Below, piece by piece: positions 29,635-39,399 of a stretch of DNA of 64,000 nucleotides (positions within the stretch are counted from its first letter, which is position 1; each line of letters opens with the position of its first letter). The DNA lies in sequence record KM607001; one strand, 5' to 3'. The notes beneath the pieces are model-generated. The model did not search any database. It saw nothing but the letters and a program-made list of their open reading frames with translations, and had not been told where the DNA came from. The position numbers were made by a program, and so were the translations under genes. Source of the DNA: Enterobacteria phage RB33.

Positions 29635-30321
29635 TTAAAAATCGTGGGTAGAATCAGCTTCAAGAGCTACCACATAATTCGCGTGTTCACCTTCAAATTT
29701 AGCAGCACCTTGTTTACCTTTTGCCCAGAGCAGAAGTTTATAATTTCCTGGTTGCATTTTCATATTTGCCATATTGATAATGAAATTAAATGTATTTTCA
29801 CCATCATAATCACCAAGAGTCAAAGAATATTTAACACGGGTCAGAGCAGAATCTTCTACTTTATTAAAACCGTTAATTACGATTTTACCTTCTTTTACCG
29901 TGATAGCAATTGTATCAATTTGCAGACCACGAGATACACGCAACAGTTGTTGAAGGTCTTCAGCTTTAATTTCAGTAACAACAGATGCTACCGGGAATGG
30001 AATTGGTTTATTAGGAGCAACTACTGTACTCGGATCGGCTGCTGGCCAAAAAATTGTTGAGCGAGCATCAGCAATTTTAATATTACCATCTTCTGACTGG
30101 GAAATTTCTGCATCATCATTAACTAGAGACAGAATACCGAGAAAACCGTTCAAATCGTAAATTGCTACATCAAAATCAATAACGTCAGAAATATTTGCTT
30201 CCGCATAAGTTGTACCATTAACTGCGCGAGTCATAATAAATTGACCGGATTTAAGCATAATACCAGAGTTAATAGTAGCGAAATTTTTAAGCAGAGCAGT
30301 AGTATCTTTAGACAGTTTCAT
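29635..30321 (-). CDS. 45: sliding clamp gp45, 228 aa
   Basis: 228 aa as T4 gp45; position. Confidence 0.9.
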   Translation of the reverse strand: MKLSKDTTALLKNFATINSGIMLKSGQFIMTRAVNGTTYAEANISDVIDFDVAIYDLNGFLGILSLVNDDAEISQSEDGNIKIADARSTIFWPAADPSTVVAPNKPIPFPVASVVTEIKAEDLQQLLRVSRGLQIDTIAITVKEGKIVINGFNKVEDSALTRVKYSLTLGDYDGENTFNFIINMANMKMQPGNYKLLLWAKGKQGAAKFEGEHANYVVALEADSTHDF

Positions 30322-30352
30322 GTAATTTCCTTCAATTCAAATGAGATTTAAT

Positions 30353-30375
30353 TTTATAACTAATTTAATAAAGCA
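30353..30375 (-). promoter_or_regulatory. MotA-dependent middle promoter of gene 45
   Basis: minus strand TTGCTTTA-10/12 bp-TATAAA(A)T. Confidence 0.45.
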
Positions 30376-30376
30376 A

Positions 30377-30766
30377 TTAACGATTAAAATCAGCCGCAAT
30401 TGTTTCGGCAACAATTTGAGCAGCAACAATCAGACGTTCATCTGCATTGCCGCAATAATCATCTTCAAGGCGTTCATGACCATGTGCCATAAGAACCTTA
30501 GCACCGGCGTTTAGGGATTCTGTAGTATGTTTGCGCATTAGTTCAATCCATTTATTACTTACTTCACGATCGATAGCTTCATAATACGCATGACGAGCAG
30601 GTGCAGATTTAATTTTGTTCTGAATAACTTCCATTGCGTTATCAGAAAGAGACAAAACCCATGCGCGACGAATTTTATTTTGGTTTTGTGGATTTGATTC
30701 AGAACGCACGTGTTTTGGCTGAATATCTTTTACATCAACAGTATAATTCACAGTAATTTTAGTCAT
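30377..30766 (-). CDS. rpbA: RpbA-like protein, 129 aa
   Basis: size and position downstream of 45; contains [10 protein letters not shown] motif shared with the internal-protein gene. Confidence 0.5.
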   Translation of the reverse strand: MTKITVNYTVDVKDIQPKHVRSESNPQNQNKIRRAWVLSLSDNAMEVIQNKIKSAPARHAYYEAIDREVSNKWIELMRKHTTESLNAGAKVLMAHGHERLEDDYCGNADERLIVAAQIVAETIAADFNR

Positions 30767-30775
30767 AATACACCT

Positions 30776-30967
30776 TTAGTCATAATAATCAGTAACAGTC
30801 CAAGCTTCATTTCTATTGGACATTATTTTTGTATATTCTGCTTTAAATGCATTCCTAAGCATAGATTCAGTAACTATATGCTCTTCATTAGAAAAATTAT
30901 TTCTCAGAATATATCGTTTTATTTCAGGAATAGTTAATAGATGCTGTCCAGTTGAATATTCTGCCAC
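30776..30967 (-). CDS. hypothetical protein (45.2 position)
   Basis: 63-aa ORF in track. Confidence 0.5.
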   Translation of the reverse strand: MAEYSTGQHLLTIPEIKRYILRNNFSNEEHIVTESMLRNAFKAEYTKIMSNRNEAWTVTDYYD

Positions 30968-30977
30968 AGTTCCTCCG

Positions 30978-30985
30978 TATAAATA
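30978..30985 (+). promoter_or_regulatory. late promoter TATAAATA on plus strand upstream of the HNH gene
   Basis: exact TATAAATA about 34 nt upstream of ATG 31019. Confidence 0.5.
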
Positions 30986-31018
30986 TGTTTATCACTCGCT
31001 GTATCAAAAGGATATGTT

Positions 31019-31735
31019 ATGAATTATAAACTAATTTATGAAAAGTTAATCTCTAATGCTAAATCTCGAAAACTTGATTGCTATACTGAATCTCATCACA
31101 TTATACCACGCTGTTTAAATGGCAGCGATGATGCTTCAAACTTAGTAGATTTAACACCAGAAGAGCACTATGTAGCTCATCAACTTTTAGTAAAAATTTA
31201 TCCTTCTGAACCAAAATTAGTCTATGCTGCTAACATGATGACAGTTTCTACGAAATACGCTAAACGCAACAATAAAACTTTCGGTTGGATTCGTCGTAAA
31301 CTCTGGGAATTAGAAAAGAATAAAGAATTCTCCCAGGAGACACGAAAGAAAATGTCTGATGCAGTAGCTAATAAAGCAAGACTAACTTGTCCTCATTGCG
31401 GTAAGTCTGGATTAAGCGGGAATATGAATCGTTGGCATTTTGATAACTGCCCAAATCACCCTAATCCTAAAGTTAGACCACCAATGTCTAAAGAACACAG
31501 AAATAATATCTCAAACGGGCTTAAAGCAATCGTTCTTGAAGAAACATCCTGCGAATTCTGCGGAATGATAGGCAAGAAATGCGTTATCGCAGCGCATAGA
31601 AATTTCTGCAAGAAAAATCCAAATGGACGCAAGAAAACTGAAAAGACTGGTACTTGCGTCCATTGCGGTAAAGTTACCACTTTCGGAAATTTATCAAGGT
31701 GGCATAATGATAACTGTAAATATAAACCTAGCTAA
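31019..31735 (+). CDS. free-standing HNH homing endonuclease with C-terminal zinc-finger repeats, 238 aa
   Basis: HNH core ESHHIIPRCLNGSDDASNLVDLTPEEHYVAH; CPHCGK...WHFDNC and CVHCGK...WHNDNC; AAGGA before ATG. Confidence 0.8.
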   Translation: MNYKLIYEKLISNAKSRKLDCYTESHHIIPRCLNGSDDASNLVDLTPEEHYVAHQLLVKIYPSEPKLVYAANMMTVSTKYAKRNNKTFGWIRRKLWELEKNKEFSQETRKKMSDAVANKARLTCPHCGKSGLSGNMNRWHFDNCPNHPNPKVRPPMSKEHRNNISNGLKAIVLEETSCEFCGMIGKKCVIAAHRNFCKKNPNGRKKTEKTGTCVHCGKVTTFGNLSRWHNDNCKYKPS

Positions 31736-33416
31736 TCTTAGCTAAACTAAATCTACCAACTTTTTCCATCTGAATATGCTGACCATATTCTTGTGGGTCA
31801 TGGTCTTTATGCGAAATTATGAAGAAGTTGGTATCCTTCAAACCATCTAAAATTTTAGCTACATTTTTAATGCCTTCAGCATCAAATGCACCATCATACA
31901 CTTCATCAAGAAATAAACAACTTATTTTAACACCTGAAACTTTTTCAGCAATATCACGCCAAGTAAATAAAAGAGCAATATCAATTCGCGCTTTTTCACC
32001 TTGACTAAATGAAGCATAACTAAAATCTTCACGACCACGGGATTTAATTGTCTCATTAAATTCTTCATCTAATGTAAACACATAATCTGCTTCCATTATT
32101 TTAAGATAATGGTTAATCTGCTTATTAAATAATGGAATGTACTTTTTAATAATAGCACCTTTAATACCAGAATCTTTGAGCATATCAGTCAAAATTCCTC
32201 GGTGGTATTTTTCCATTACTAAATTAGTTTTTGTCTTAACAATTTTATCAAGTTCTTCTTGAAGCAGTGCTATTTCATCAGCATGGTCAATAAATTCAGA
32301 AGATGCTTTTTCTATAGCCGCTTTAACTTTTTTAGCTTTATCTACCGTCGTGATTAGAGATTGCTTTTTATTGCGAATATCATTTGCCAACGTCTGCTGG
32401 GTTTTAATATTATCTCGGTATTCATCAACAAGAACTTTTAAATTATCACGATGTGTTGAAAGCTGTTCAAATGAATGTGTGCATTCAGAAACTTTATCTT
32501 TAATTTTAGAAACAACTTTATCACCGGAACTTAATTGTGACAAACAGGTTGGACATAATCCACCTTCGTGATACATATTAATGACTTTATTATACGAGTC
32601 AATTTTTGATTTAATTAAAACTGCTTCTTGACCGATTTTATTAAATGCATCAGTAGGGTCTTCATCCAAAACAATATTAACTAATCTTTCATTAGCTTCT
32701 TCTATTTCCGATTTTAGCGTTCTAGCTTCTTTTGCCAAATCATCATACATATTTTGCAGACGAGTAAGGTTGTCACCCGTTAATTTTTTCTGGCGTTCAA
32801 CGTTATCATTATATATTTTAATTTGTTGGATAATACTATCTTTTTTAACATCAAGCACTTGGTTTTGTGAATTTAATTCACGTATTAGTGCTTTATTAAG
32901 CTTATCCATTTCAGCTAATGTTCCTACCTCAAGCAGGTCTTCCACAAGCTTTCTTCGCGCAGGGGTCGACAAACCCATGAAAGGGGTATACCCTGCTGTA
33001 CCAAGGACAACAATCTGCTTGAAACTGGCATATGACATTCCGATAAGCTGTTCAAATTCTGCTTGGAAATCTTTACTGCTGGCAGATTCATTAAGACGTG
33101 TACCGTTAATGGTGATTTCAAAAACGTTCGGTTTTTGTCCTCTTTTGATATAGTACTTTTTCTCATCATATTCCATCCACAGTTCAACTAAAAGTTCTTT
33201 CTTATTTGTGCTGTTTATTAATTGACCTTTCTTTACATCACGAAATGGCTTACCAAAAAGCCCAAATGTGATGGCTTCTAACATAGTAGACTTACCACCG
33301 CCATTTCGTCCAGTAATAAGAGTTTTTTGAACCTTATCTAATTGAATGTCAATAGGATTTCCACCTACTGACATTATATTTTGATACCTAACTCGGTTTA
33401 GTTTAAAATTCTTCAC
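31728..33416 (-). CDS. 46: recombination endonuclease subunit gp46 (Rad50/SbcC-like), 562 aa
   Basis: Walker A GRNGGGKST, signature SQGE, Walker B LFLDE. Confidence 0.9.
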   Translation of the reverse strand: MKNFKLNRVRYQNIMSVGGNPIDIQLDKVQKTLITGRNGGGKSTMLEAITFGLFGKPFRDVKKGQLINSTNKKELLVELWMEYDEKKYYIKRGQKPNVFEITINGTRLNESASSKDFQAEFEQLIGMSYASFKQIVVLGTAGYTPFMGLSTPARRKLVEDLLEVGTLAEMDKLNKALIRELNSQNQVLDVKKDSIIQQIKIYNDNVERQKKLTGDNLTRLQNMYDDLAKEARTLKSEIEEANERLVNIVLDEDPTDAFNKIGQEAVLIKSKIDSYNKVINMYHEGGLCPTCLSQLSSGDKVVSKIKDKVSECTHSFEQLSTHRDNLKVLVDEYRDNIKTQQTLANDIRNKKQSLITTVDKAKKVKAAIEKASSEFIDHADEIALLQEELDKIVKTKTNLVMEKYHRGILTDMLKDSGIKGAIIKKYIPLFNKQINHYLKIMEADYVFTLDEEFNETIKSRGREDFSYASFSQGEKARIDIALLFTWRDIAEKVSGVKISCLFLDEVYDGAFDAEGIKNVAKILDGLKDTNFFIISHKDHDPQEYGQHIQMEKVGRFSLAKIS

Positions 33417-33628
33417 AAAAGATTCCTTTTAATGTATCTTTTAGACCATTCTATCATATCATCATAATCTAAAAAGTATTCATCAAATTCAGCCATGCAA
33501 ACAACACCTTGTGCTGTTTTTGATGTAATATAAATTATTCCAACATATCTAGAATCTTCTTCGGTATAATCAATGTTTGCTATGAATTCATCATTAATGT
33601 CAAATGTCGAAAACTTCACAGTATGCAT
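33413..33628 (-). CDS. hypothetical protein (46.1 position)
   Basis: ORF in track; start moved to MHTVKF. Confidence 0.45.
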   Translation of the reverse strand: MHTVKFSTFDINDEFIANIDYTEEDSRYVGIIYITSKTAQGVVCMAEFDEYFLDYDDMIEWSKRYIKRNLL

Positions 33629-33863
33629 CCTTAATACAAGATACGGCCATATCTCGCAATGATTTAGGTGTGTCATTATCTAAAATGTTGAAGTTAAAAG
33701 ATACAGCCCAGTCAGTGCAGACCGTGACCTTTTTAATACAATTATCTTCAACCTCTAGCGGTTCAAACCAATATTCAATAATTTCTTTATGACCAATATC
33801 ATCTTTTACTTCGCATTCAAAATGCTGACTCATCATAACATTTTTAAATTCATCAAAAGTCAT
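33600..33863 (-). CDS. hypothetical protein (46.2 position)
   Basis: 87-aa ORF in track. Confidence 0.5.
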   Translation of the reverse strand: MTFDEFKNVMMSQHFECEVKDDIGHKEIIEYWFEPLEVEDNCIKKVTVCTDWAVSFNFNILDNDTPKSLRDMAVSCIKDAYCEVFDI

Positions 33864-34879
33864 TGTGTTGCCTCTACATATAGCTGATTTGCATATTGAA
33901 TAAGTGCTTCACGGTCAGAATCAGTGATGTCTGGAATTGCATTAATGTATTCTTCCATCAACGTCTGAAGAGATTGAACTTCAACTTCTTCACTGTCATC
34001 TGACTCGACAGAGTTATCAATTTTTGACACAACTCGTAATGAATGCACAACTTTTTCTAGTTCAGATTCGAACTTCGTTAGATTTTTGTCTACCTCAATT
34101 ACTATAACACGTACTGATAGATTTGTAAAATCTTTATAGTCAATTTTTCCTTTAAATGGATAATGAATTCTACGATGCCAGGTAGTATTGTTTGGAATAA
34201 ATTCCATTCGTTCTGTTTCTGTATCAAACATCCAGAACCCGCGAGGGTCATTCTCGTCACCTGCAGTTAGTGTCCATGGTGTCCCAATATATCTGACGTT
34301 TGCAGCCTCAGAAATAGTATGGAAGTGACCAGACCACACTTCTTTATAAGTCTTAAGGAAATCAGGTTCAAGACCGTGAGATTTCATTCCTTTATAAAAA
34401 TAAAATCCATTCAGTTCCCAGTGACCGACGCAAAAAGAAGCAGATGAAGTTTTGATGTGCTCAAGAATTTCACCAGTATTTTCTTCACACATCCAAGGAA
34501 TTAAATCAATTAAACATCCGTCAAAATCTACTGTAGTAGGCTTATCATATACTTTAACATTAGGATATTTAGCCAAAAGCTCAGTAGAGGCATTTGGAGT
34601 TAAAGTATTTTTAAAGTGCATATCATGGTTTCCTACAACAGTATGTAGGGTAATACCAGCATCATCAAGCATTTGAACTATTTCACGAGCGAACTCCATA
34701 GTTTTATGCGTGATTGCTTTTCGCACATCAAAAATATCGCCATATTGAATCCAGGTAGTAATTCCATTTTTCTTAGAATATTCTATGGCTTGTTTAATTC
34801 CATCCAACTGAATGGATTGAACCCACTCATCATCGGCTTTAACGCCTAAATGCCAATCACCTAAATTTAAAATTTTCAT
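33860..34879 (-). CDS. 47: recombination endonuclease subunit gp47 (Mre11/SbcD-like), 339 aa
   Basis: phosphoesterase motifs DWH, GDIFD, GNHD. Confidence 0.9.
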   Translation of the reverse strand: MKILNLGDWHLGVKADDEWVQSIQLDGIKQAIEYSKKNGITTWIQYGDIFDVRKAITHKTMEFAREIVQMLDDAGITLHTVVGNHDMHFKNTLTPNASTELLAKYPNVKVYDKPTTVDFDGCLIDLIPWMCEENTGEILEHIKTSSASFCVGHWELNGFYFYKGMKSHGLEPDFLKTYKEVWSGHFHTISEAANVRYIGTPWTLTAGDENDPRGFWMFDTETERMEFIPNNTTWHRRIHYPFKGKIDYKDFTNLSVRVIVIEVDKNLTKFESELEKVVHSLRVVSKIDNSVESDDSEEVEVQSLQTLMEEYINAIPDITDSDREALIQYANQLYVEATQ

Positions 34880-35016
34880 ATATCAAGAACCGTCATTGAA
34901 ATGCAAAATAAAATTATTGAAATAAATCCATCTGGAGTGCTAAAGAACCCAATCCAACATGCTCTAGTGAATAGATAAAATGCAAGAAAAAGTATCACAT
35001 ATCCAAGAAATATCAT
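34876..35016 (-). CDS. small hydrophobic protein (46 aa) overlapping the gene 47 start (ATGA)
   Basis: hand translation MIFLGYVILFLAFYLFTRACWIGFFSTPDGFISIILFCISMTVLDI; stop and start codons checked by coordinates. Confidence 0.4.
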   Translation of the reverse strand: MIFLGYVILFLAFYLFTRACWIGFFSTPDGFISIILFCISMTVLDI

Positions 35017-35042
35017 TATATCAAACTCCGTATAAAGCTAAA

Positions 35043-35058
35043 GGGCCGAAGCCCTTTA
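35043..35058 (-). terminator. GGGCC-GAAG-CCC hairpin downstream of a-gt
   Basis: aaaGGGCCGAAGCCCttta overlapping the a-gt stop. Confidence 0.45.
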
Positions 35059-36258
35059 TTTTGTAATAATGTCAAATTGCTCTTTAAAGCAGAAGCTTGA
35101 ATCTTGATGCTGATACAAAAATTCATATGCTTTTTCTCGCTCACGGTCATAAAGAGCTCGGTCAGATGACAGTTCTTTAATACGCTCGAATGTTGATTCC
35201 ATGTCATTTTCATCAAACCAAATGATACCGCTATCATGCGAGGTCAAAGGAGTATTATCAACACGGAATTTCAAATTATCACCCGTTGATTTCCAGAAAA
35301 CAGGAATTGTACCGCAAGCACCAAGCTCGAGATGAGTATATTCTAAAGAACGTTGTAGATATTTTTTGTCCAACTTACTCAACTGATAACCAAATCCGGA
35401 TTTACTCATGCGTTCAAGCATTTCGCTATTTACATAACGGTCAAGAATTTGCGTTGGCAAATTAGGAGCAATTTTAATTTGGTCTACTTGATGAAGACGA
35501 TAATACTCGTATGGAATTCCTTTTTCTTTAATAGGAATGAACGCTGGAGAACGTTCCAGACCTTCCATAATAGTACTTAGTCCTGCAGGTTTAAGATGTT
35601 TTTCATGAAAATCAAACATCTGATAAAAACCTTTCCATGTAGTCGTACGACCAATCCAACGGTTGATATTCATGTTAATTTCAGAAACATCTTTCCAGTA
35701 GGTTGATCTAACCTTCGCAATATCCATAGGAGGCTGAAAGTTATATACTGTCGGCGCTTCTTCAATATCATCAAACAAAGAAACTGTTTCAGGATACCAT
35801 TCTTTCATCAGAACTTTATTAAAATCGCCATTATCAGAATGACTAAAAATAACATCAGCTCGACGAACAGTTTCTTCTAATCCCAAATTTCGACGCAAAG
35901 AAAGAGAAGAATGGTCATGTTGATAAACTACAACACGAACCGAAGGTTTAATGTTATCAATAATTTTTTTATAGTTATTAATTGTGTCTTCTTCAACTGA
36001 AGTAGCAGGAACTGAATTGATAATTAGAATATCACAATCATTTACCAGCTTAAGCGTTTTATCGTATTCTTTTGCCAATAAAACCGGAATTGAAAATGAT
36101 TTATAATCATGCGCACAGTTACGAGTAAATGATTTATCTTTAGCATAAACCAAAGTTACTTCATGACCATTTTTAATAAACCAATCACGCTGCTCAAGAG
36201 AAAATTTAGTTACACCGCAACCTTCAAGACCTCGAGCCATAAAAATACATACTTTCAT
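35056..36258 (-). CDS. a-gt: DNA alpha-glucosyltransferase, 400 aa
   Basis: 400 aa; position between 47 and 55 as T4 a-gt. Confidence 0.8.
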   Translation of the reverse strand: MKVCIFMARGLEGCGVTKFSLEQRDWFIKNGHEVTLVYAKDKSFTRNCAHDYKSFSIPVLLAKEYDKTLKLVNDCDILIINSVPATSVEEDTINNYKKIIDNIKPSVRVVVYQHDHSSLSLRRNLGLEETVRRADVIFSHSDNGDFNKVLMKEWYPETVSLFDDIEEAPTVYNFQPPMDIAKVRSTYWKDVSEINMNINRWIGRTTTWKGFYQMFDFHEKHLKPAGLSTIMEGLERSPAFIPIKEKGIPYEYYRLHQVDQIKIAPNLPTQILDRYVNSEMLERMSKSGFGYQLSKLDKKYLQRSLEYTHLELGACGTIPVFWKSTGDNLKFRVDNTPLTSHDSGIIWFDENDMESTFERIKELSSDRALYDREREKAYEFLYQHQDSSFCFKEQFDIITK

Positions 36259-36501
36259 TTAATATCCTCATTGTTTTGGTTTATTTTACCAAAAATTTAT
36301 AAAGCAATATAGGAGCCGAAGCTCCTATCCGCATAATACGCCATACAAAGGCTCGTTAGAGCTTCTAAATTTTATACGCTTATATGTTATAGTTCCTTCT
36401 GCTTTAGCTTTATCATGAGACTCTTTAAAGCGTCTCATCATTTCTACTTTAGAGGAACGAATTTTATTATAATCTATTTCAGAAGTCTGGGTGTTCATCT
36501 T

Positions 36502-36705
36502 TCACAGTTGCCACCATTTTTTGACTTGATAAGAATCAACCCACACTTTCATATTAGGGTCTGCTCTTACAATAGGAGGATTAACTTCTTTAATTGAACT
36601 ATCATGGTATTCTTTTTCAGAAATTTTCACACAAAGATGACCATTCAAAGATTCAGTAAATCCTGCATTAATTTTAAGACGCTTGAATTTTACGTGTGTA
36701 AGCAT
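36502..36705 (-). CDS. hypothetical protein
   Basis: ORF in track; ATG at 36705, overlaps upstream ORF by ~32 nt. Confidence 0.45.
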   Translation of the reverse strand: MLTHVKFKRLKINAGFTESLNGHLCVKISEKEYHDSSIKEVNPPIVRADPNMKVWVDSYQVKKWWQL

Positions 36706-36991
36706 CAATCATATCCTCAATCTGCGATCTAGTAGTCTTCCAAAGAATACTGATGAGTTCATCGTTATATGGCTGTTTTAGAATATCCCGACTTTTCTTG
36801 ATAGCATATTCGTATTGAGCAAAATTATTATTTTCAGCTGCAATCTGAGCGTGCTTATAAAGACGATTCAGTTCGCGTTTGTTTTTAGACAATAACTTAT
36901 TTGCTTTTCTTTCTGCTTCAAGACGGTTCTTTTCTTCAATAGAAGAAATAAGCTTTTCCACTTCATCATTAATTTCGGGTTTATCAGTCAT
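36674..36991 (-). CDS. hypothetical protein
   Basis: 105-aa ORF in track. Confidence 0.5.
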   Translation of the reverse strand: MTDKPEINDEVEKLISSIEEKNRLEAERKANKLLSKNKRELNRLYKHAQIAAENNNFAQYEYAIKKSRDILKQPYNDELISILWKTTRSQIEDMIDAYTRKIQAS

Positions 36992-36992
36992 A

Positions 36993-37211
36993 TTATTTCT
37001 CTAATATAAAATAAAAATCATCATCTGTTAAATGATACCGATAGTTTAATTCTACACCATTAGATTTAAAAGCGGTATCATACGGATTTTCTGGATCAAT
37101 ATCAATGTCAAGAGCTAAAACTTCCCTGAGATACATTTTAAGTAAATAGGGAATAGCTTCAACTTCAGGTATTTCTTCCAAGAATCCGGAGAGGTTAATC
37201 GTTAGCCTCAT
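36993..37211 (-). CDS. hypothetical protein
   Basis: 72-aa ORF in track. Confidence 0.5.
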
Positions 37212-37758
37212 ATAAAAAATCCAAACTAGGAGAATCGTCTACAACACTTTTCTTTTCAGCCCCCGGTGTTCTATAGGTTGATTCTTCGTAATGCGTCATT
37301 TTATCGTAGATGTCTTGAATAAAAGTTTCATCTACTAACGCAACCATATCGTCGTCACGGCTGTCATAGACATTGTGAACGAAGTAACTATATTTCTTTG
37401 CAACTTCCTTACGTTCTTTTTTAATACGTTGGACGAATGCATTAAAACAAGCTTGAGTTATATACGCATGTGGGTTTTTATATTTCGTTTCATCAAAATT
37501 ATGAAGCCCCTTAATAGAAGCTTCTATACCATCTGCAATCATTTCTTGTTTCCAAGACTGGGTGTATCCTGAAAAGTTGAAACGTTTAGATAAGCCTTCT
37601 GCAATAAGCATAATGGCTAATCCGATAGTATCATTCTGACGAACTACTTTATTTGGGTCTTTATTATTTGCTAATTCTGTTTTCCAATCAATAATAGCTT
37701 GTAAAAGCTCTTTATTGTTTACGTAATTATATTTAGGCTTAGTTTCTGACATTTTCAC
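37195..37758 (-). CDS. 55: late sigma factor gp55 (~185 aa; true start probably Met at 37752)
   Basis: size, position and sequence consistent with T4 gp55. Confidence 0.85.
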
Positions 37759-37834
37759 CTCTTAGCTCAATTCATAGATCTATTATATCATAATATTTGA
37801 AGATCTATCTTAAAGCACAGAGGATGAATCAATT

Positions 37835-38056
37835 TCAAGCATTCATCAGCTTAGCTGCTCCAAGAGCTGCATCTAGTGAATCAAATTGGTCAACATATTC
37901 AATCAATTCGCCGTAATTAGCATATAACCACCATTGGCTAAATTCATACTCAAGGATGAATCCATTTCCTTCAATTTGAGTTAAACCAATGCCATTTGTA
38001 TTTACTTCATATCCGGCAAGACGCAAATCGTTAATAAGAGCTTCGTTCATATTCAT
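37835..38056 (-). CDS. hypothetical protein
   Basis: 73-aa ORF in track. Confidence 0.5.
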   Translation of the reverse strand: MNMNEALINDLRLAGYEVNTNGIGLTQIEGNGFILEYEFSQWWLYANYGELIEYVDQFDSLDAALGAAKLMNA

Positions 38057-38379
38057 ACCTTAGCAATTTTCAGGTCTGTAAATTTTTTCTTGCGTTGATT
38101 TTTCATGCGACGAATAGTCTTATCGGAAATTTCATGCTTTTGATAAGCTTTAGATTCTACACCAAAAGCTTTAACATCAAATTCTGACAAGATATATTGA
38201 ACCAGCAATTCACGGACAGTATTGCGTCCAATCTTCTGATCATTTTGTTTCATCGTCTGATGAAGCTCTTTTTCCCATTTATCCAAAATTTGAGGAGTTA
38301 CAATATCGCCTTTTTCTAGCAAAGAAACTACTTTATCATATGCGTAAGAATTAATGACGTTTTTAATTTGAATAGTCAC
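38053..38379 (-). CDS. hypothetical protein
   Basis: 108-aa ORF in track. Confidence 0.5.
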   Translation of the reverse strand: MTIQIKNVINSYAYDKVVSLLEKGDIVTPQILDKWEKELHQTMKQNDQKIGRNTVRELLVQYILSEFDVKAFGVESKAYQKHEISDKTIRRMKNQRKKKFTDLKIAKV

Positions 38380-38417
38380 ACATTATCCTCAATTACGTTA
38401 AAAATTTTATTATCCAA

Positions 38418-38436
38418 AAAGGGCCGAAGCCCTTAG
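38418..38436 (-). terminator. GGGCC-GAAG-CCC hairpin
   Basis: aaaGGGCCGAAGCCCtt at the end of the 38433..38633 ORF. Confidence 0.4.
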
Positions 38437-38633
38437 CTAAACTTTTTGGCACCCTTCCAGCCTTCATACATCATTGCGGCTGATATTAATATTGCTCCTG
38501 AGCAACTTGAATATTTGTGATTCCAAAACCAGTTTAGAAAAACTTCATCATCAATACCTTGGGCTATCATATTTTCAAAGAACTGACGACGAGCTTCGGC
38601 AATTCGCTGCGATAATTTAGATTCAGGATTCAT
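38433..38633 (-). CDS. hypothetical protein
   Basis: 66-aa ORF in track. Confidence 0.5.
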   Translation of the reverse strand: MNPESKLSQRIAEARRQFFENMIAQGIDDEVFLNWFWNHKYSSCSGAILISAAMMYEGWKGAKKFS

Positions 38634-38849
38634 TTAAATTTCCCAATTGCCATTTTCATCAATAAATTTAATCCAGTCATTTACTGACCACTTGGTCGTA
38701 TCGCCTTTTGGAGTAACATTTAAAGTGTATAGCCCTTGCTTAAAAAGCATTCGTTTGATATTCATAATTTCCTCAGCTATAACGATAACACTCGTTTGAT
38801 TTACGTTTAGCAACTCGTTGAGAAGTATTATAATCAAAATCATCGTCAA
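38634..38849 (-). CDS. hypothetical protein (true start may be internal Met near 38765)
   Basis: ORF in track. Confidence 0.4.
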   Translation of the reverse strand: MTMILIIILLNELLNVNQTSVIVIAEEIMNIKRMLFKQGLYTLNVTPKGDTTKWSVNDWIKFIDENGNWEI

Positions 38850-39111
38850 TGTAAACTGATTTTTTCAACTTTCTTACTTCACCGCGTAATTGACGATTTA
38901 GCTCATCTTTAACTTCTGAATCAATGCCTTTCATTCTACGCCATTTATCTGAGCGAAAAATGTTTTCAACCATATCTTTATGACTTACACCATCAGGAGC
39001 TTTACGCTTTCCGAAATAGTCATAATCACGCACTTTTAAGTCTTTACGACGATACGTTTTACCCATGGAGTTTAATTTCCTTAGCAACTGAACTAAATAC
39101 AGCACGGTCAC
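38773..39111 (-). CDS. hypothetical basic protein
   Basis: 112-aa ORF in track. Confidence 0.5.
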   Translation of the reverse strand: MTVLYLVQLLRKLNSMGKTYRRKDLKVRDYDYFGKRKAPDGVSHKDMVENIFRSDKWRRMKGIDSEVKDELNRQLRGEVRKLKKSVYIDDDFDYNTSQRVAKRKSNECYRYS

Positions 39112-39241
39112 AAATCATGTGTTTATGTAACTTAAGTATAAGATAATAAACATCATAACCATTTACGTAAGTAACGCGAACAGCATTACCATTAATAAGA
39201 TAATACTGTCCCTTTTTAATTTCTTTATCAATCATAACCAT
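39059..39241 (-). CDS. hypothetical small protein
   Basis: 60-aa ORF in track. Confidence 0.4.
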   Translation of the reverse strand: MVMIDKEIKKGQYYLINGNAVRVTYVNGYDVYYLILKLHKHMICDRAVFSSVAKEIKLHG

Positions 39242-39382
39242 ATCAATTCCTCAAAGGCAATTCATGTGTTAATAATACCGCAGTTTGAGCTCGTTGTAAA
39301 CAACTTTGCGAAAATTATTTTAGGGAATGATAAGAAAGGAACGATAGCTTAGAATGGTAATATACAGAATGTGAGAAAGAAA

Positions 39383-39396
39383 GGCCCAGAGGGCCC
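39383..39396 (-). terminator. GGGCC-TCT-GGGCC hairpin followed by U-rich tract, downstream of nrdH
   Basis: minus strand GGGCCCUCUGGGCCUUUCUUUCUC. Confidence 0.55.
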
Positions 39397-39399
39397 GTC

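Noticed and set aside
35016-35237. 73-aa minus-strand ORF overlapping the 3' end of a-gt
   Set aside because: It lies within the a-gt coding region in another frame and runs through the a-gt terminator hairpin; the 46-aa ORF at 34876..35016 is the better candidate for the gap.
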